Part shown: piece after piece, positions 19,701-27,841 of the stretch
How the letters are laid out: the number at the start of each line of letters is the position of its first letter
Position numbering within the stretch: position 1 is the first letter of the stretch
From: a virus
Taxonomy: Duplodnaviria; Caudoviricetes
Virus record (IMG/VR): IMGVR_UViG_3300028638_000445
Coordinates: 1 to 47,662 of that record
Length of the DNA stretch: 47,662 bases
Reading direction: 5' to 3' (one strand)
Made by a program: the position numbers and the translations under genes
Notes under the pieces: generated by a model
Database searches by the model: none
What the model saw: the letters and a program-made list of their open reading frames with translations, nothing else
What the model was told of the DNA's origin: nothing

Positions 19701-22366
19701 TTCTGCCAGAACTGCCGGTCAGTAAAAAGGGAACCGGCCTCCTCGGCCAGCATCTCCTCGATCAGAAGTTCCCGGTCGTTTGCGAGCCGCTCTTGGTACT
19801 CCGTGTCCTGGGCGTATTTGGCGAGTTGGTTCTTGATCTTCTCTGTCGTCATACTGTCCCCGACCACAGCGCGAAGTTTCTTGTAAAGGTCGTTGTGTTT
19901 GGTGTTGACGTGATGCAGGAACTCATGGCCAAGGACGTCCAGAACGACCTTCCCGTCGTTTGTCTCGTCGGAGTTGATGAAGATCGTGTTAGACTCCCGG
20001 GCGGAAAACATCCCTCTCGTGTTGGCTCGTCCGCCGCGATAGAAGACGACATCGGCCCCGAGACGCTTGCCGAGGACCTGGGCGTTCTTGAAACCGATCA
20101 TTGCAGGCATGCTGAGTTCTTCGGAGGAGACAATTTCTGCACCAGTAAGCGCTTTGACGTTGGCGATACGTGTGGCAACTTCGGCATCGTCTATCAGTCT
20201 GACCGGTAATGCTTGCCTAGATTTTCCCTGTTCGGCGGCTCTTGCCTCAGAGAAGGTCTTCAGGGCTTTCCACTGATTAAAAGCCGCACTGCCTGTGTCT
20301 GGGATGCCCTTCAGCGCCATGACGGAGCGGACCATGCGCGGTTCTACGCCTAACTCTTTGGCGATGTCCTTGCGGCGTACGCCGTCCATGGCCATGTCAA
20401 CGATTTGCTGATCTGTGCCGTCCTCGACGGCCAGGGCGAGATCCGACTCCATTTTCTTCAGTACGGTCTTGTTCATCTTTGACGTGTCGATGATCGGCAT
20501 GAACTCAGGCTTCTTTGGCTCTATTGTTTCCACCCTTGCGAGTTCCGGAAGGTTCGGCATTCGGTTCTTATAAGCCTGTTCCTTGGCCATGTCGAGAATG
20601 TCCAGGGAAGCATAGCCTCTTAGGATGCTCTCTCTAATAGCTTCCGGTGTGGTGTTCTCGATCTCGTCCTGGAAGGCTTCCCATTCCTGCATGGACTCGA
20701 CCTCATTGGACTCGGACTGGAGGATCTCCTTTTGGTAGTTGATCATCTTGTCCATGATCTGGTCAGCAGCTTCGACAAGTTCTGTTTGGGCGTATGTCTC
20801 CCCACGATACTTCGTGTCTTTCGCTTTTTGGCCTTCATCCGATGCACCTTTTCGCTTCTCGTACTCGGCAACTTGCTTGGTATAACCTTCAAGATCGTAG
20901 GATACCTGAGGCGCGGTCTTTTCTCTGGCGTAGTCGGCAATCATGCCCGGTGCGGCAATCGCACCACCGGCGGCACCACCCGCCAATCCGAGGCCGAAGG
21001 AGTAGAGATCACGAGTCGGGTCGAAAATGCCATTTCCGCCATCTGAGTATAGTGGGATATCCTTACCAGCGATGATGCGGTCGACTGCTGCTTCCCACCA
21101 GTTCTGTTTAACTTCTTCAAAGCCCTCACCGAAAGTGCTCTTCAAGAACTCTGTGGCTTTGCTCATACCGCCTTCCCTGAATGCTTTGTTGACACCTCCA
21201 CTCTCGAGGACGCTCTGGCCATAGGCGTTGACGAACGCTACGAAGAAAGCCTTGCTGTCATCCATACCTTCAGCGAGGTTACTCTGGTACTTCTGTGAGA
21301 AAATCTTCGCGCCCAGCGGCAGGGTCTCTGGACTGATGACCGCGCGCTTTGCAAGTTCGACCATTGCGAGTTTGCGGGTTTCTTTAGTCAGGAGTTTCTT
21401 TCCGATCTCTTTCGCACCCATCTGCGCGACGGTGCCAGTAGCACCCGTTGCCATGGCCAGAACGATAGTAGTCAGCATATCCGGGACGAAGGAAGTGAAG
21501 TCGTAAAGGAAACCCTTGATCGCATCTTCACCTACGACGGCTTCGCGATTGATGCCAGCCTGCTCAAATTGCTCTGCACCACGATTGAGTTGATCTTGTG
21601 CGGTTTGGCGTCCAGCGACAAAATCTGCGGATCGTCCAGTTTCGATCCGACGCGCATTATACCCGTCCTGCCCGGCAAGACCTGCTAGTGTGTTACCGGT
21701 TGCCTTAGTGCCGAGCCACCAGTCGGAGAGACTTTGGGCGATGACCTTTAGCTTGCCGTCCACAGGAAATCGCTCGTCTATCTCAACTCTTGCCCTGTTT
21801 ACCGCCTGCTCGTGCTGGATGTCGCCATAGAGAGCATCTTGAGTCGCTTTCTTGAAGGCTGTATCAATCTGGTACTGCTTTAGGCTCTGAGGATCCAAGG
21901 TATTGGCCGCCAGTGTGAGCCAAGAGTCCTCGTCGGCAGGGTTAGCCGCGATGCTGGTTCTGGCCTGCTCCACGAGAAGCTTCTTCTTCACGGTGTCCGG
22001 CGTTGGAGCCTGCTTCAGCAGGGTCTGCTTCTGTTCAGCGAGATCCTTATAGGCAAGAGGATTAGACGAGGTCATCGTCTTCTGCTGGGCCTCGATCTCC
22101 CTGAGGCGCATATTATGCTCTTCCTGCTCCTTCTCCATCCGGTCTTGAATGGTGGCAGGCGTAATTCTTGGCGCAGTGACAAAGCCCTGGCGCTTTGGCT
22201 GGAGAGGGTTTTCGATCTGTGGTGCGATGCTCTCGACGGTTGTCCCCTTGGGCTCATTGTATCGGGTTGACTTGAAGCGCTCGAACTCGTCAGTCTTTCT
22301 AGATTGGACAAAGCGCTCATACTCCGTCTGCTTTTTCTTGCTCTTGTCGTCGTCTCTGATTAACAC
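13793..22366 (-). CDS. Giant polyvalent protein (probably virion-ejected): zincin peptidase, Cys-motif domain, JAB/RadC, ADP-ribosyltransferase-like, LPD38-like
   Basis: GHEFLHH..EEMLAE (about aa 814-875); C..CGICY..RWQSWSDF..YTK (about aa 1050-1220); E..HNHPSG.P.PS..D (about aa 1600); VYHGT..GFFFTDN..YLNITNP..GHDGVI..QIK (about aa 1830-2050); C-terminal WKIPKSRELG region resembling LPD38. Confidence 0.85.
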   Translation of the reverse strand: MLIRDDDKSKKKQTEYERFVQSRKTDEFERFKSTRYNEPKGTTVESIAPQIENPLQPKRQGFVTAPRITPATIQDRMEKEQEEHNMRLREIEAQQKTMTSSNPLAYKDLAEQKQTLLKQAPTPDTVKKKLLVEQARTSIAANPADEDSWLTLAANTLDPQSLKQYQIDTAFKKATQDALYGDIQHEQAVNRARVEIDERFPVDGKLKVIAQSLSDWWLGTKATGNTLAGLAGQDGYNARRIETGRSADFVAGRQTAQDQLNRGAEQFEQAGINREAVVGEDAIKGFLYDFTSFVPDMLTTIVLAMATGATGTVAQMGAKEIGKKLLTKETRKLAMVELAKRAVISPETLPLGAKIFSQKYQSNLAEGMDDSKAFFVAFVNAYGQSVLESGGVNKAFREGGMSKATEFLKSTFGEGFEEVKQNWWEAAVDRIIAGKDIPLYSDGGNGIFDPTRDLYSFGLGLAGGAAGGAIAAPGMIADYAREKTAPQVSYDLEGYTKQVAEYEKRKGASDEGQKAKDTKYRGETYAQTELVEAADQIMDKMINYQKEILQSESNEVESMQEWEAFQDEIENTTPEAIRESILRGYASLDILDMAKEQAYKNRMPNLPELARVETIEPKKPEFMPIIDTSKMNKTVLKKMESDLALAVEDGTDQQIVDMAMDGVRRKDIAKELGVEPRMVRSVMALKGIPDTGSAAFNQWKALKTFSEARAAEQGKSRQALPVRLIDDAEVATRIANVKALTGAEIVSSEELSMPAMIGFKNAQVLGKRLGADVVFYRGGRANTRGMFSARESNTIFINSDETNDGKVVLDVLGHEFLHHVNTKHNDLYKKLRAVVGDSMTTEKIKNQLAKYAQDTEYQERLANDRELLIEEMLAEEAGSLFTDRQFWQNLYERDATTAQKLVRVIRDLINKVLKGDKKESGNLGVMTEMQIKEFQKQFEDVVTEIMGRDSVQNAFGLREAASVDIESGSAAPIYSVRTWTPEAKEAAVKGISKKLNISREKVLEWLESVDNAMAIVINNIERLDYDPNPNYTALKDNQDYGKSLDFSTLCKKRLILQGTIEAIQKNKGSALSVTDYFAVRKALLEAGKEVSCGICYVDTRRSRQGQYANEFIEKYPDLDPELFLSQEGFDRLYEEHPDVYKEFKTKLGASAKIKMQESRTEYSGEILKSFKNKRVVERFNADGGLRWQSWSDFEVPHLLDAMQAIADMSSVGLKGFAYTKMENFVRAMGNTGMMINTSLMPLGETGMKNGKPVFDGIEGMAYETAVELRRLFSNTVGTTVVGINDDHIRALMAMDTIDNIIPYHISGLSRENRATQGQGFERWQDYTTTQNESVIDWEKNQAAGGQNHKDRKKQKPRKPDITEWWDINRTPQENQKAYLELCKSWGLEPKFKQFSNEHNYWKVLTEFKMVNNEGRNISQEVVKPFFNDKAIAQIFSEYKGGHRSLPVDEKVVKRFSYFKSNTKVAELVSNLKVSEVEAHMGAAALNDFEAKFSTLKTKTIARDYTKKFLADGKVDLVGKTVKNTNELAVMAQVLRDPRFETMRIFFVDDTGKIVSHTGVSSRMPGSSAIFAGKDDKQKNNWINTQINFAKSMDATGFYLMHNHPSGVPNPSGPDFDATRRYEIMLKDIVEFKGHIIINSNQYAVIPNGMNKDNDFYINDLYNGEDKLLKPDKPHALLGHKVGSSTDMVALGQMLKSSEGYSTIFYMSPRLTVRGIQEIPSEMALEPKKLMAHLKKNAIEFGGHRPVLVAENDHVFESARHLIDDHYLFEVVDVKGERTAHGTTNVPRPNVWQGRKEGVGESAWENREKFSVARKEDIEQAFKDSKVRNDDGSLKQVYHGTGAEFTVFDASKGGKYTGSRSAKLGFFFTDNPRIADTYRSGNYDLKPLEAFLAASSDEDLEYFAEAIGHANHNLDGSLDREETIGSIMWEANEVDKVEGIDGLKDIVRSVNSIGSSLYSHNQEGWKTVEASMRKGYGKRMDLYLNITNPYVVENSEFFQDDFYSWNIAKAKELGHDGVIFKEVSDAITSFDEKDPPVGDVYVTFSSSQIKQEIGDNPVDTENPDIRFSIPTINIEMDEKKRPRDLKGDLANLYRRVVDTNHPLNKVADAVRIKAANSKLVSGTIERILTHALVDTKGRELGQSWQTITEPFATNKDFWQYMAQRHNIDRAREGKPVDPGMTPDDSKNYVANLEYQHPEYRAWGDSVTRWIDQFMKAWAVDTGIIDAHTYDEWRTMYPSYFPTYREFSDLEGGSQHGPGRRFVDLPSPVKKATGSDRDLTNPVGNVMMMVNKVVRTARYNEVGQTLLETVRSNPEAAARFAEEIPANIGMFQSKKLDNVIAVWEGGSPQYLQINDEMLLESLNGLPRIINNAPVMRKVTSVFKGLITQYNPLFALRNIFRDIPTAYVYGSQDNPLFFLTNLAKAGYEVATDSGGAALYKNLGGAGSGQFSADEATQYAKLLQPSAASKFKVPLKMIEWINNITEQAPRISEFNYILEQTGSVEKALYAAQNVTVNFARGGDLTKQAEPFVPYLNASVQGLDRFFQAFNYKKDPKGALKRMAKAGIAITVPQIASYLVSMNDDEERYQMLDQRTKDAYYVFPKGDGTFWKIPKSRELGVLWGSLFERALAGSYKGFAGTIATSFTPVDPFTSNIFAPIFWNLPVNKDFAGRAIVSQGLQKYSGKNQYDDNTSEIAKAIGRLTNLSPKQMDYIIWSYTGIIGQILLPATTKRAGVGNAVERATVGAFTADPAFSSQAMTDFYDKLNEMERVKNDKNVENGIESSVVTQEERRYNTMNKISSNLSKTTKYINANLKANDPKIQKIRTAMNNHLKKVVKATTLQELVKINAEMSAELFKLGVR

Positions 22367-22395
22367 AGGCTGGCCTCCTTGTCTTTAGGATCGGG

Positions 22396-23583
22396 CTAGT
22401 CGATTGGAATACTCAGCATCTTCATGAGCCGGAACGCTTCCTCATCCGAAAGCGCAGATTGACGGATCATGGTGCCGACGTCTTTTTGTGAATATCTTGG
22501 AATGTCGATGATCTGACCACTATCTGGATCTACCGTTTTCTTGGTCGTACCGATCATGTCCCATGCCCGGCTGAACATGTCCTTGAACACCTTGGATTCG
22601 CCCTCCACTGCCTGGGTAACGTTGTTTGGATTAGCTGGATCTTTTGACCAGGCAAATTTTTCTCGGTCTAGAGCGAGATTGCCCCACGAGATCGCACGAC
22701 TTGCGGCGGCGTTAGCCTGATCCGCCTGAAATGACTTGAGCCACTGTCCATCTGCGACTTTGTCTCGGTCTTTCTGATAATCGAAAGTTGTCTGCCACTG
22801 CTGGTCAGATACCGCGGCACGTTCTTTGTTGAATTCAAACTGCTGGTTCCACTGCTGGGTAGAGGTGTCAAAGGACTGTTGCCACTGGTTGTCCTGCACA
22901 GAGTCTCGGGACTGCTGGTAGTTGGCCCCGTAAGCCCATCTGGAGTCGTCAACGAGGGCTGAGTTTCTTTGAGCCGTAACGGTTGCATTCATTTCGAGCT
23001 CCTTGAAGCTGGCGGCTCGGTTGTTGTCGGCGATGGCTTTCTTCAAGTTGTTGACCAGGTTGATCTCCTGCTGATTGAGCGCGGTCTTCTGTGTGTCTGC
23101 GTTGGCGACGATCGCGCCCTGATCTGAGGCGACCCCGCCGGAAAAAGAGGTACCCTTGGCCGCGGCGGTCTCGTTGGCCCTTTGCATGTTGCGTGCCGCG
23201 CCAACGTCAGCTTGGTCTCTGAGAGGCTGAAACTGCGCCGGAGCGTCTTTGATCTGCTGGTTGTAGTCTGAGTTGACCTGGTCCCTCGCGGCCTTGATGG
23301 CCGCCGCTTGCGCCGCCATCTGGGCGTCGAAGGAGCTGTTGATCAGCGCCGCGTTGTCCGGGACACTGGCCTGTTGCGCGGTTCTTTGTATTGCGTTGAA
23401 CCCTGTGCCGTCGGCGTTGGTGCTGTACCCCGCGGCATTGCGGATGGCTTCCGCAGCGTCCCGTGCCGCCTGCATGCCCGCTTTGTCTCCGGAAGCGTTG
23501 GCTGCCGTCCAAGCGTCGCCCGCGGCTTTGACTTTCTTCTGGTCTTCGGCGTTTAGTGTTATATCGCCAGTTTTAACTGCCAT
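22396..23583 (-). CDS. Ala/Gln-rich helical protein, probable internal virion/ejection protein
   Basis: Helical composition with QW repeats; position between tail genes and the giant protein. Confidence 0.65.
   Translation of the reverse strand: MAVKTGDITLNAEDQKKVKAAGDAWTAANASGDKAGMQAARDAAEAIRNAAGYSTNADGTGFNAIQRTAQQASVPDNAALINSSFDAQMAAQAAAIKAARDQVNSDYNQQIKDAPAQFQPLRDQADVGAARNMQRANETAAAKGTSFSGGVASDQGAIVANADTQKTALNQQEINLVNNLKKAIADNNRAASFKELEMNATVTAQRNSALVDDSRWAYGANYQQSRDSVQDNQWQQSFDTSTQQWNQQFEFNKERAAVSDQQWQTTFDYQKDRDKVADGQWLKSFQADQANAAASRAISWGNLALDREKFAWSKDPANPNNVTQAVEGESKVFKDMFSRAWDMIGTTKKTVDPDSGQIIDIPRYSQKDVGTMIRQSALSDEEAFRLMKMLSIPID
22725..22912 (-). repeat. Protein-level tandem repeats R-x-x-V-x-D-x-Q-W-x-x-(S/T)-F
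   Basis: RDSVQDNQWQQSF, (STQQWNQQF), RAAVSDQQWQTTF, RDKVADGQWLKSF. Boundaries approximate. Confidence 0.75.
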
Positions 23584-23621
23584 ATCATCACCTCTGGTCT
23601 AAGTATATGAAAGGTTAAGGT

Positions 23622-24341
23622 TTATGCCTGCAATCGGATCGCGTGCAGTTGGGTGGCGTTGTTTCCGGCGCTGTTGGTGCTGGTTGCCGCTTTGATGGTG
23701 CCCGCTTGGCTGGCTATGCCTTGCAGTTTAATAGTCGTTGTGCTCGTCAGGGTGATCACAGCGGTCACCGGGATACAGACCGTGGCGTTTGACACCGAGG
23801 CCTGATAGACCTCGCCGCTGGAGTAGTGCGTGGTTCCGTCTGTAATTCTAGCGCCGTGGTGGCGGGCTGTGGTGGTACTTCTGAGCGCTGTCAGTTGCCC
23901 TGTAATCAGCCAAGTTCCAGCCCCAAGGGATAGGGACACCGAGTCGTACCAATTGTTGGCGGAAGACATGCTTACGTCTGCGGACAGGACGCCGGTGGCG
24001 TAGTTGATTGCGCCGGAAGGCCCCTGCGGTCCTGTGTCGCCCTTGACACCCTGTATGCCCTGTATGCCCTGTGGGCCGGTATCTCCGGTGTCACCTTTTG
24101 GACCTTGAACACCTTGTGGTCCGGACTCGCCCTGAGGACCCTGTAGGCCGGTGTCACCCTTAGGCCCTTGAGGCCCGGTCTCGCCCTGAGGTCCTGCCGG
24201 GCCTTGCACACCTTGCGGACCCGCTGGCCCCGGATCGCCCTTTTCTCCTTGTCCTGTGGCTTTGGCGTCGACGTCGTCTGCCGTGTACATCCAGACTTTT
24301 TTATTCGGATTAATCTGAACCAATACTCTGGCCATGCACAT
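23622..24341 (-). CDS. Collagen-like (Gly-X-Y) fibre/decoration protein with C-terminal beta-rich domain
   Basis: Uninterrupted GXY run ([13 protein letters not shown]...GPQGPSG). The start is 24341 or 24335 (MARV), with AGGAGG SD upstream. Confidence 0.85.
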   Translation of the reverse strand: MCMARVLVQINPNKKVWMYTADDVDAKATGQGEKGDPGPAGPQGVQGPAGPQGETGPQGPKGDTGLQGPQGESGPQGVQGPKGDTGDTGPQGIQGIQGVKGDTGPQGPSGAINYATGVLSADVSMSSANNWYDSVSLSLGAGTWLITGQLTALRSTTTARHHGARITDGTTHYSSGEVYQASVSNATVCIPVTAVITLTSTTTIKLQGIASQAGTIKAATSTNSAGNNATQLHAIRLQA

Positions 24342-24350
24342 TCCTCCTAT

Positions 24351-24373
24351 AAAAATAGGGGGTTTACACCCCC
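24351..24373 (-). terminator. Intrinsic terminator within the late region
   Basis: Minus strand reads GGGGGT-GTAA-ACCCCC-TATTTTT (GNRA loop). Confidence 0.6.
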
Positions 24374-24525
24374 ATCAGTTTCTCTAAAAGTTCGACTCGT
24401 TTCAGCAGTCCGGCCACGTTGTTTGGGCTACCTTTTGACTTCTCTGCGGCGATTTCTGCTCTTACAGATTCAGATTGTAACTTTCCGAACTCCTTGGCCT
24501 TTGCTAGTCTCTCCTCATGTGTCAT
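24364..24525 (-). CDS. Small hypothetical protein (53 aa), not in the ORF track
   Basis: [57 protein letters not shown] overlap with the upstream stop; GGGAGG SD. Confidence 0.75.
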   Translation of the reverse strand: MTHEERLAKAKEFGKLQSESVRAEIAAEKSKGSPNNVAGLLKRVELLEKLMGV

Positions 24526-24779
24526 ACCGTCGTCCCTCCCAGCATTGCGTCGATGACCGCAGTCAGGTTCGCTACCTGCGACCGCAGTTCATCAATCTCC
24601 GGCGTAACGTCTTTCGGCTTCAGTTCAGGGTACTCCACGGCGACGCCGTTCTCGTACTTAAACCACCCTCCGTTGATACCTACCGGCACCGACGGCACGT
24701 CGTACGGAATGTAGCCGGGGTGCTCGTAGGTGATCGCGTCGCGGATCACGTTTTTCTCGTCTACTTTGATATAAAACAT
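24522..24779 (-). CDS. Small tail-associated protein (XkdW-like position)
   Basis: 85 aa, beta-rich N-terminus plus C-terminal coiled coil. GAGGAGG SD. Follows the fibre genes. Confidence 0.65.
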   Translation of the reverse strand: MFYIKVDEKNVIRDAITYEHPGYIPYDVPSVPVGINGGWFKYENGVAVEYPELKPKDVTPEIDELRSQVANLTAVIDAMLGGTTV

Positions 24780-24791
24780 ATCAGCCCTCCT

Positions 24792-25967
24792 CTAATATTT
24801 ATGTGTGACCTTCACGGTTCTCTGATCGCCGGTGGTGCCGCCGTCTTTAGCCACACCTATTTGCTCGTAACTGAGGTAACCGCCTGTTTTGTAGGCCTTT
24901 CTGATGTACCCACCCTTGAAAATCTCGAGGTACGGCGAAGAATCGCACGTCACGGCGAGATAATCTCCCTCTGCTTTCAGCGCCACGGATTGATGATCGT
25001 CCACTGTCAAGCCGGTAAAAGTCTGTAAAGTGAAGGACGATCCTCTCCTCTTGTACACATTTACGCCCGTAGCGAGGCCAAAGAAAAAGAAAGTTTCATC
25101 TTCAGAAATGTCCGCGGAATACCCCGCGGCACTTGGCACGGTGTCAAAAGGTGTGGCGAAGTAGGTATAAAATAAAGGGTCTCCTGCGTCTAAGTAAATA
25201 CGCGCATAAGGCGCACCCGAGATCGCACAAGACAAGTACTTCCCTGTACTGCTGTACTTCAGGCCTTTAGCCGAAAAACCTGTATTAGAGTAAATTCTAG
25301 TAAAACTGTCCCCGTCGCGTTCATACACATACACGCCGTTCGTCGACATCCCCGCGGCGAGCCTCAACCCGTCAGGGCTGAAACTTAAAGCGTTGACCGT
25401 TGTTGTCGGCGGGTTGGACGGGTTGGATATTTTTGTGTAAGTATCCCCGGTTTTTTTATAAAGGCTAAGGTAGTAAGTAACCCCACCGACAGCGAGATAC
25501 TGGTCATCAGGTGTCAGATCTATCGCGTATACATTGCCTCCCGGAAGGGCGTCTAGGATATCGATAGCCGTGAATACGTCTCCGCTTCGACTGTAAACTT
25601 TTATCTGGGAGGATCCGCACCCTACGAATAACCGCGTACCGTCCGAGTTAAACTTAAGTGCGTAGACTGCTCCGCCAGGGAGGGTTGCCGGATTGTCGAG
25701 TTTGGTAAAAGTGTCCCCTTCCCGTTTGAACACTATCAGATACGGTGTGGAGGCGGAACCGAGGGCAAGATACACGCCGTCCGGACTCCAAGCGCAGGCG
25801 TAGGCTATGTTAGTGGGTATTCCGCTCGGTGTGCTGAGTTCGGTGTCCGGGTGCTTCGAGGTAAGGCCGACTACCTCGCCCGCTTTTATGGTCTCTCCGA
25901 AAGTGGCGACCACCGCGATTCCGATCTTGAGCGGCCCGCCGCCGGTGTTGACTTTTCCTCTGGCCAT
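24792..25967 (-). CDS. WD40/YVTN-like beta-propeller protein (putative receptor-binding protein), paralogue 2
   Basis: Repeated blades (WSPDGVYLA, FNSDGTRL, LTPDDQYLA, FSPDGLRLA), each followed by a YxRxGDxFT-like motif. Confidence 0.8.
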   Translation of the reverse strand: MARGKVNTGGGPLKIGIAVVATFGETIKAGEVVGLTSKHPDTELSTPSGIPTNIAYACAWSPDGVYLALGSASTPYLIVFKREGDTFTKLDNPATLPGGAVYALKFNSDGTRLFVGCGSSQIKVYSRSGDVFTAIDILDALPGGNVYAIDLTPDDQYLAVGGVTYYLSLYKKTGDTYTKISNPSNPPTTTVNALSFSPDGLRLAAGMSTNGVYVYERDGDSFTRIYSNTGFSAKGLKYSSTGKYLSCAISGAPYARIYLDAGDPLFYTYFATPFDTVPSAAGYSADISEDETFFFFGLATGVNVYKRRGSSFTLQTFTGLTVDDHQSVALKAEGDYLAVTCDSSPYLEIFKGGYIRKAYKTGGYLSYEQIGVAKDGGTTGDQRTVKVTHKY

Positions 25968-25977
25968 AGGCCACCTC

Positions 25978-27159
25978 CTAGTAGTCGTCTGCGAGGACGA
26001 TCATTTTCTTGACCTCACCGATGCTTCCGTCTTCCTTGGCCACGCCGATCTTACGGAATCCTGAGATCTCCGGCGCGTTGTAGAGTTTCACCGACCCTCC
26101 TGTGAGGACATGGACGTAAGGCGACTCGGCGCTAGCGGCGACTATCATTGACAGGTCGGCTCTTATAGCAAACCCTTGAGCGTAGGCCGAAGTCGATAAA
26201 AGTGCGTTCACTGCGGTGCCAAAGACATCCCCGTCGCGTTTTGAAAGATATAGTCTGGACATATCTGATGGCGCGTAGGCGACGATATTATTGTCCGGGC
26301 TAAAGCGCATGGATCTTACCATCTCTCCGTGCGATAACGAAAGGGACATATTACTGAACACATCCCCTACCCGCTTAAACATTCTAATCCCGCCGCCGGG
26401 AGCATCGTAGGCCACAGCAATGTGCCGCCCACTCGGGGAGAACTCAATCCACAGGAAGGCATAGGTACTTGTTGTCTCATAGATTTTAGTCAGCGTTGTA
26501 CCCTCTCTCTTGTACACCCTGAAGTAAGAGGAAGCTGAGTTTTGCCCAAGCACGAAGTAAGTGCCAGTCGGGTCTACCGTGCAGGACGCGCTTGAGTTAG
26601 TATCTGCGGGGTTTGCCAGATTAGAGAACGTATCCCCGCTCCGTTCATAGACCACCATGAAAGGCGAGGTGTTCGTCGTTACCATCAGATACTTGCTGTC
26701 CCCGCTCCAAGCGATGGCGGTGGGCGACGCTGTGGGCAAGACCGCGGGGTCTGCGAGTTTCGTCAATACGCCGTCTACAAATTTATAGATGTTGATGCAG
26801 GAGGCTCCGCCGCCTACCGCAAGATACTCTCCGTTCGGGCTCCATTTATGGATACGGGACAGAAACGCCACGGCTGGATCTGCTTGTTTCGTGAAAGATG
26901 TTCCGTCAACGGTGTAGATGTGAAGGTAAGGGGCGGCATTGATGCCGACACTCAGCAGACCTTTTGGTTCGTTGAACTCTGCGCGATAGGCGGCGGAAGG
27001 CACGGCCACGTCAAAGGTGGCGGTTATTTTGGTGGTGGGTAGCGATGCGACCTTGGTGCCGACCGGGGCGTCTTTGACGACACTCTCCGCCAGCTCGTAG
27101 GACTCTTCCGTGGAATAGATCTTGGCGCCGCCTGCCGATTCTATAGGTCCTCTGGCCAT
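25978..27159 (-). CDS. WD40/YVTN-like beta-propeller protein (putative receptor-binding protein), paralogue 1
   Basis: Repeated blades (WSPNGEYLA, WSGDSKYL, FSPSGRHIA, FSPDNNIVA). Confidence 0.8.
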   Translation of the reverse strand: MARGPIESAGGAKIYSTEESYELAESVVKDAPVGTKVASLPTTKITATFDVAVPSAAYRAEFNEPKGLLSVGINAAPYLHIYTVDGTSFTKQADPAVAFLSRIHKWSPNGEYLAVGGGASCINIYKFVDGVLTKLADPAVLPTASPTAIAWSGDSKYLMVTTNTSPFMVVYERSGDTFSNLANPADTNSSASCTVDPTGTYFVLGQNSASSYFRVYKREGTTLTKIYETTSTYAFLWIEFSPSGRHIAVAYDAPGGGIRMFKRVGDVFSNMSLSLSHGEMVRSMRFSPDNNIVAYAPSDMSRLYLSKRDGDVFGTAVNALLSTSAYAQGFAIRADLSMIVAASAESPYVHVLTGGSVKLYNAPEISGFRKIGVAKEDGSIGEVKKMIVLADDY

Positions 27160-27160
27160 C

Positions 27161-27841
27161 CTACTTCACCACCTCGTAGGAGAAGTCCATGGCCGCGGTT
27201 GGATCGGTCTTGGCGTAGAAGGTGATCGTGTCTGTACCGCTCTCGTTGGTCGGGCAGAGTTCGGCGGCCTGTGCGATGTCGTGGGCGTCCTTGTCTAGGG
27301 TGATGCGCACGGTGTCGGTGGCGGTGATACCGCTGACAGTGAGCACGAGTTTTCTCGCATAATCACCCGTGGCGGCTTCCCACCCGGTCGAGGTGATTGT
27401 GCTGGTGCCTTTGACGACCTTGGCCTGCGGAGCGAAGGTGATCCACTTGCTGGTGGTGGTGTCCCACACCAGTGCGTCCCCGTCAGCCACCCCTGTGACA
27501 TTGACGTCCGGGGCGTTGGAGAGGTTCAGCGCACCCTCGGGTAGTGATCCAGCCACGACGCCTTGGATTTGGAGATCGATATAGGTCTTGATCGCCTCTA
27601 GCGTACCCTGCACCGTACTGGCAGAGACGCCAGTGATCGGCGTCATACCGACGTTGGCCGCTCCGGAAGTTGAGACCAACAGATCGATGACGCCGTTCAG
27701 AGCAACCCTGAGCTCCTCGGGGCTGGAGTCGTACCAGTCCTGAAGTTGTTGATACGTCATGCCGTTGATGGTGTTAGGCCGCCTGTCCAGCATGCGGTGT
27801 GTCTTGGCGAAAGCGGTTATCTTATTGCTGATAAGTGGCAT
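27161..27841 (-). CDS. Putative tail fibre/adaptor protein
   Basis: Contains an LSNAPDV...GDALVWD...KW fibre-type repeat unit. Follows the nozzle gene. Confidence 0.6.
   Translation of the reverse strand: MPLISNKITAFAKTHRMLDRRPNTINGMTYQQLQDWYDSSPEELRVALNGVIDLLVSTSGAANVGMTPITGVSASTVQGTLEAIKTYIDLQIQGVVAGSLPEGALNLSNAPDVNVTGVADGDALVWDTTTSKWITFAPQAKVVKGTSTITSTGWEAATGDYARKLVLTVSGITATDTVRITLDKDAHDIAQAAELCPTNESGTDTITFYAKTDPTAAMDFSYEVVK

Noticed and set aside
22725-24250. Short direct repeats considered as a CRISPR array
   Set aside because: They are in-frame coding repeats (QW repeats, collagen GXY) without constant repeat-spacer structure, and there are no cas genes.
24168-25028. 286-aa + strand ORF, and similar long antisense ORFs such as 19562-20209 and 31134-31850
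   Set aside because: Shadow ORFs opposite well-supported GC-rich phage genes, with no motifs or SD.
24792-27159. Diversity-generating retroelement or invertible tail-fibre switch
   Set aside because: No reverse transcriptase or invertase, no near-identical TR/VR pair seen, and both paralogues are in the same orientation.
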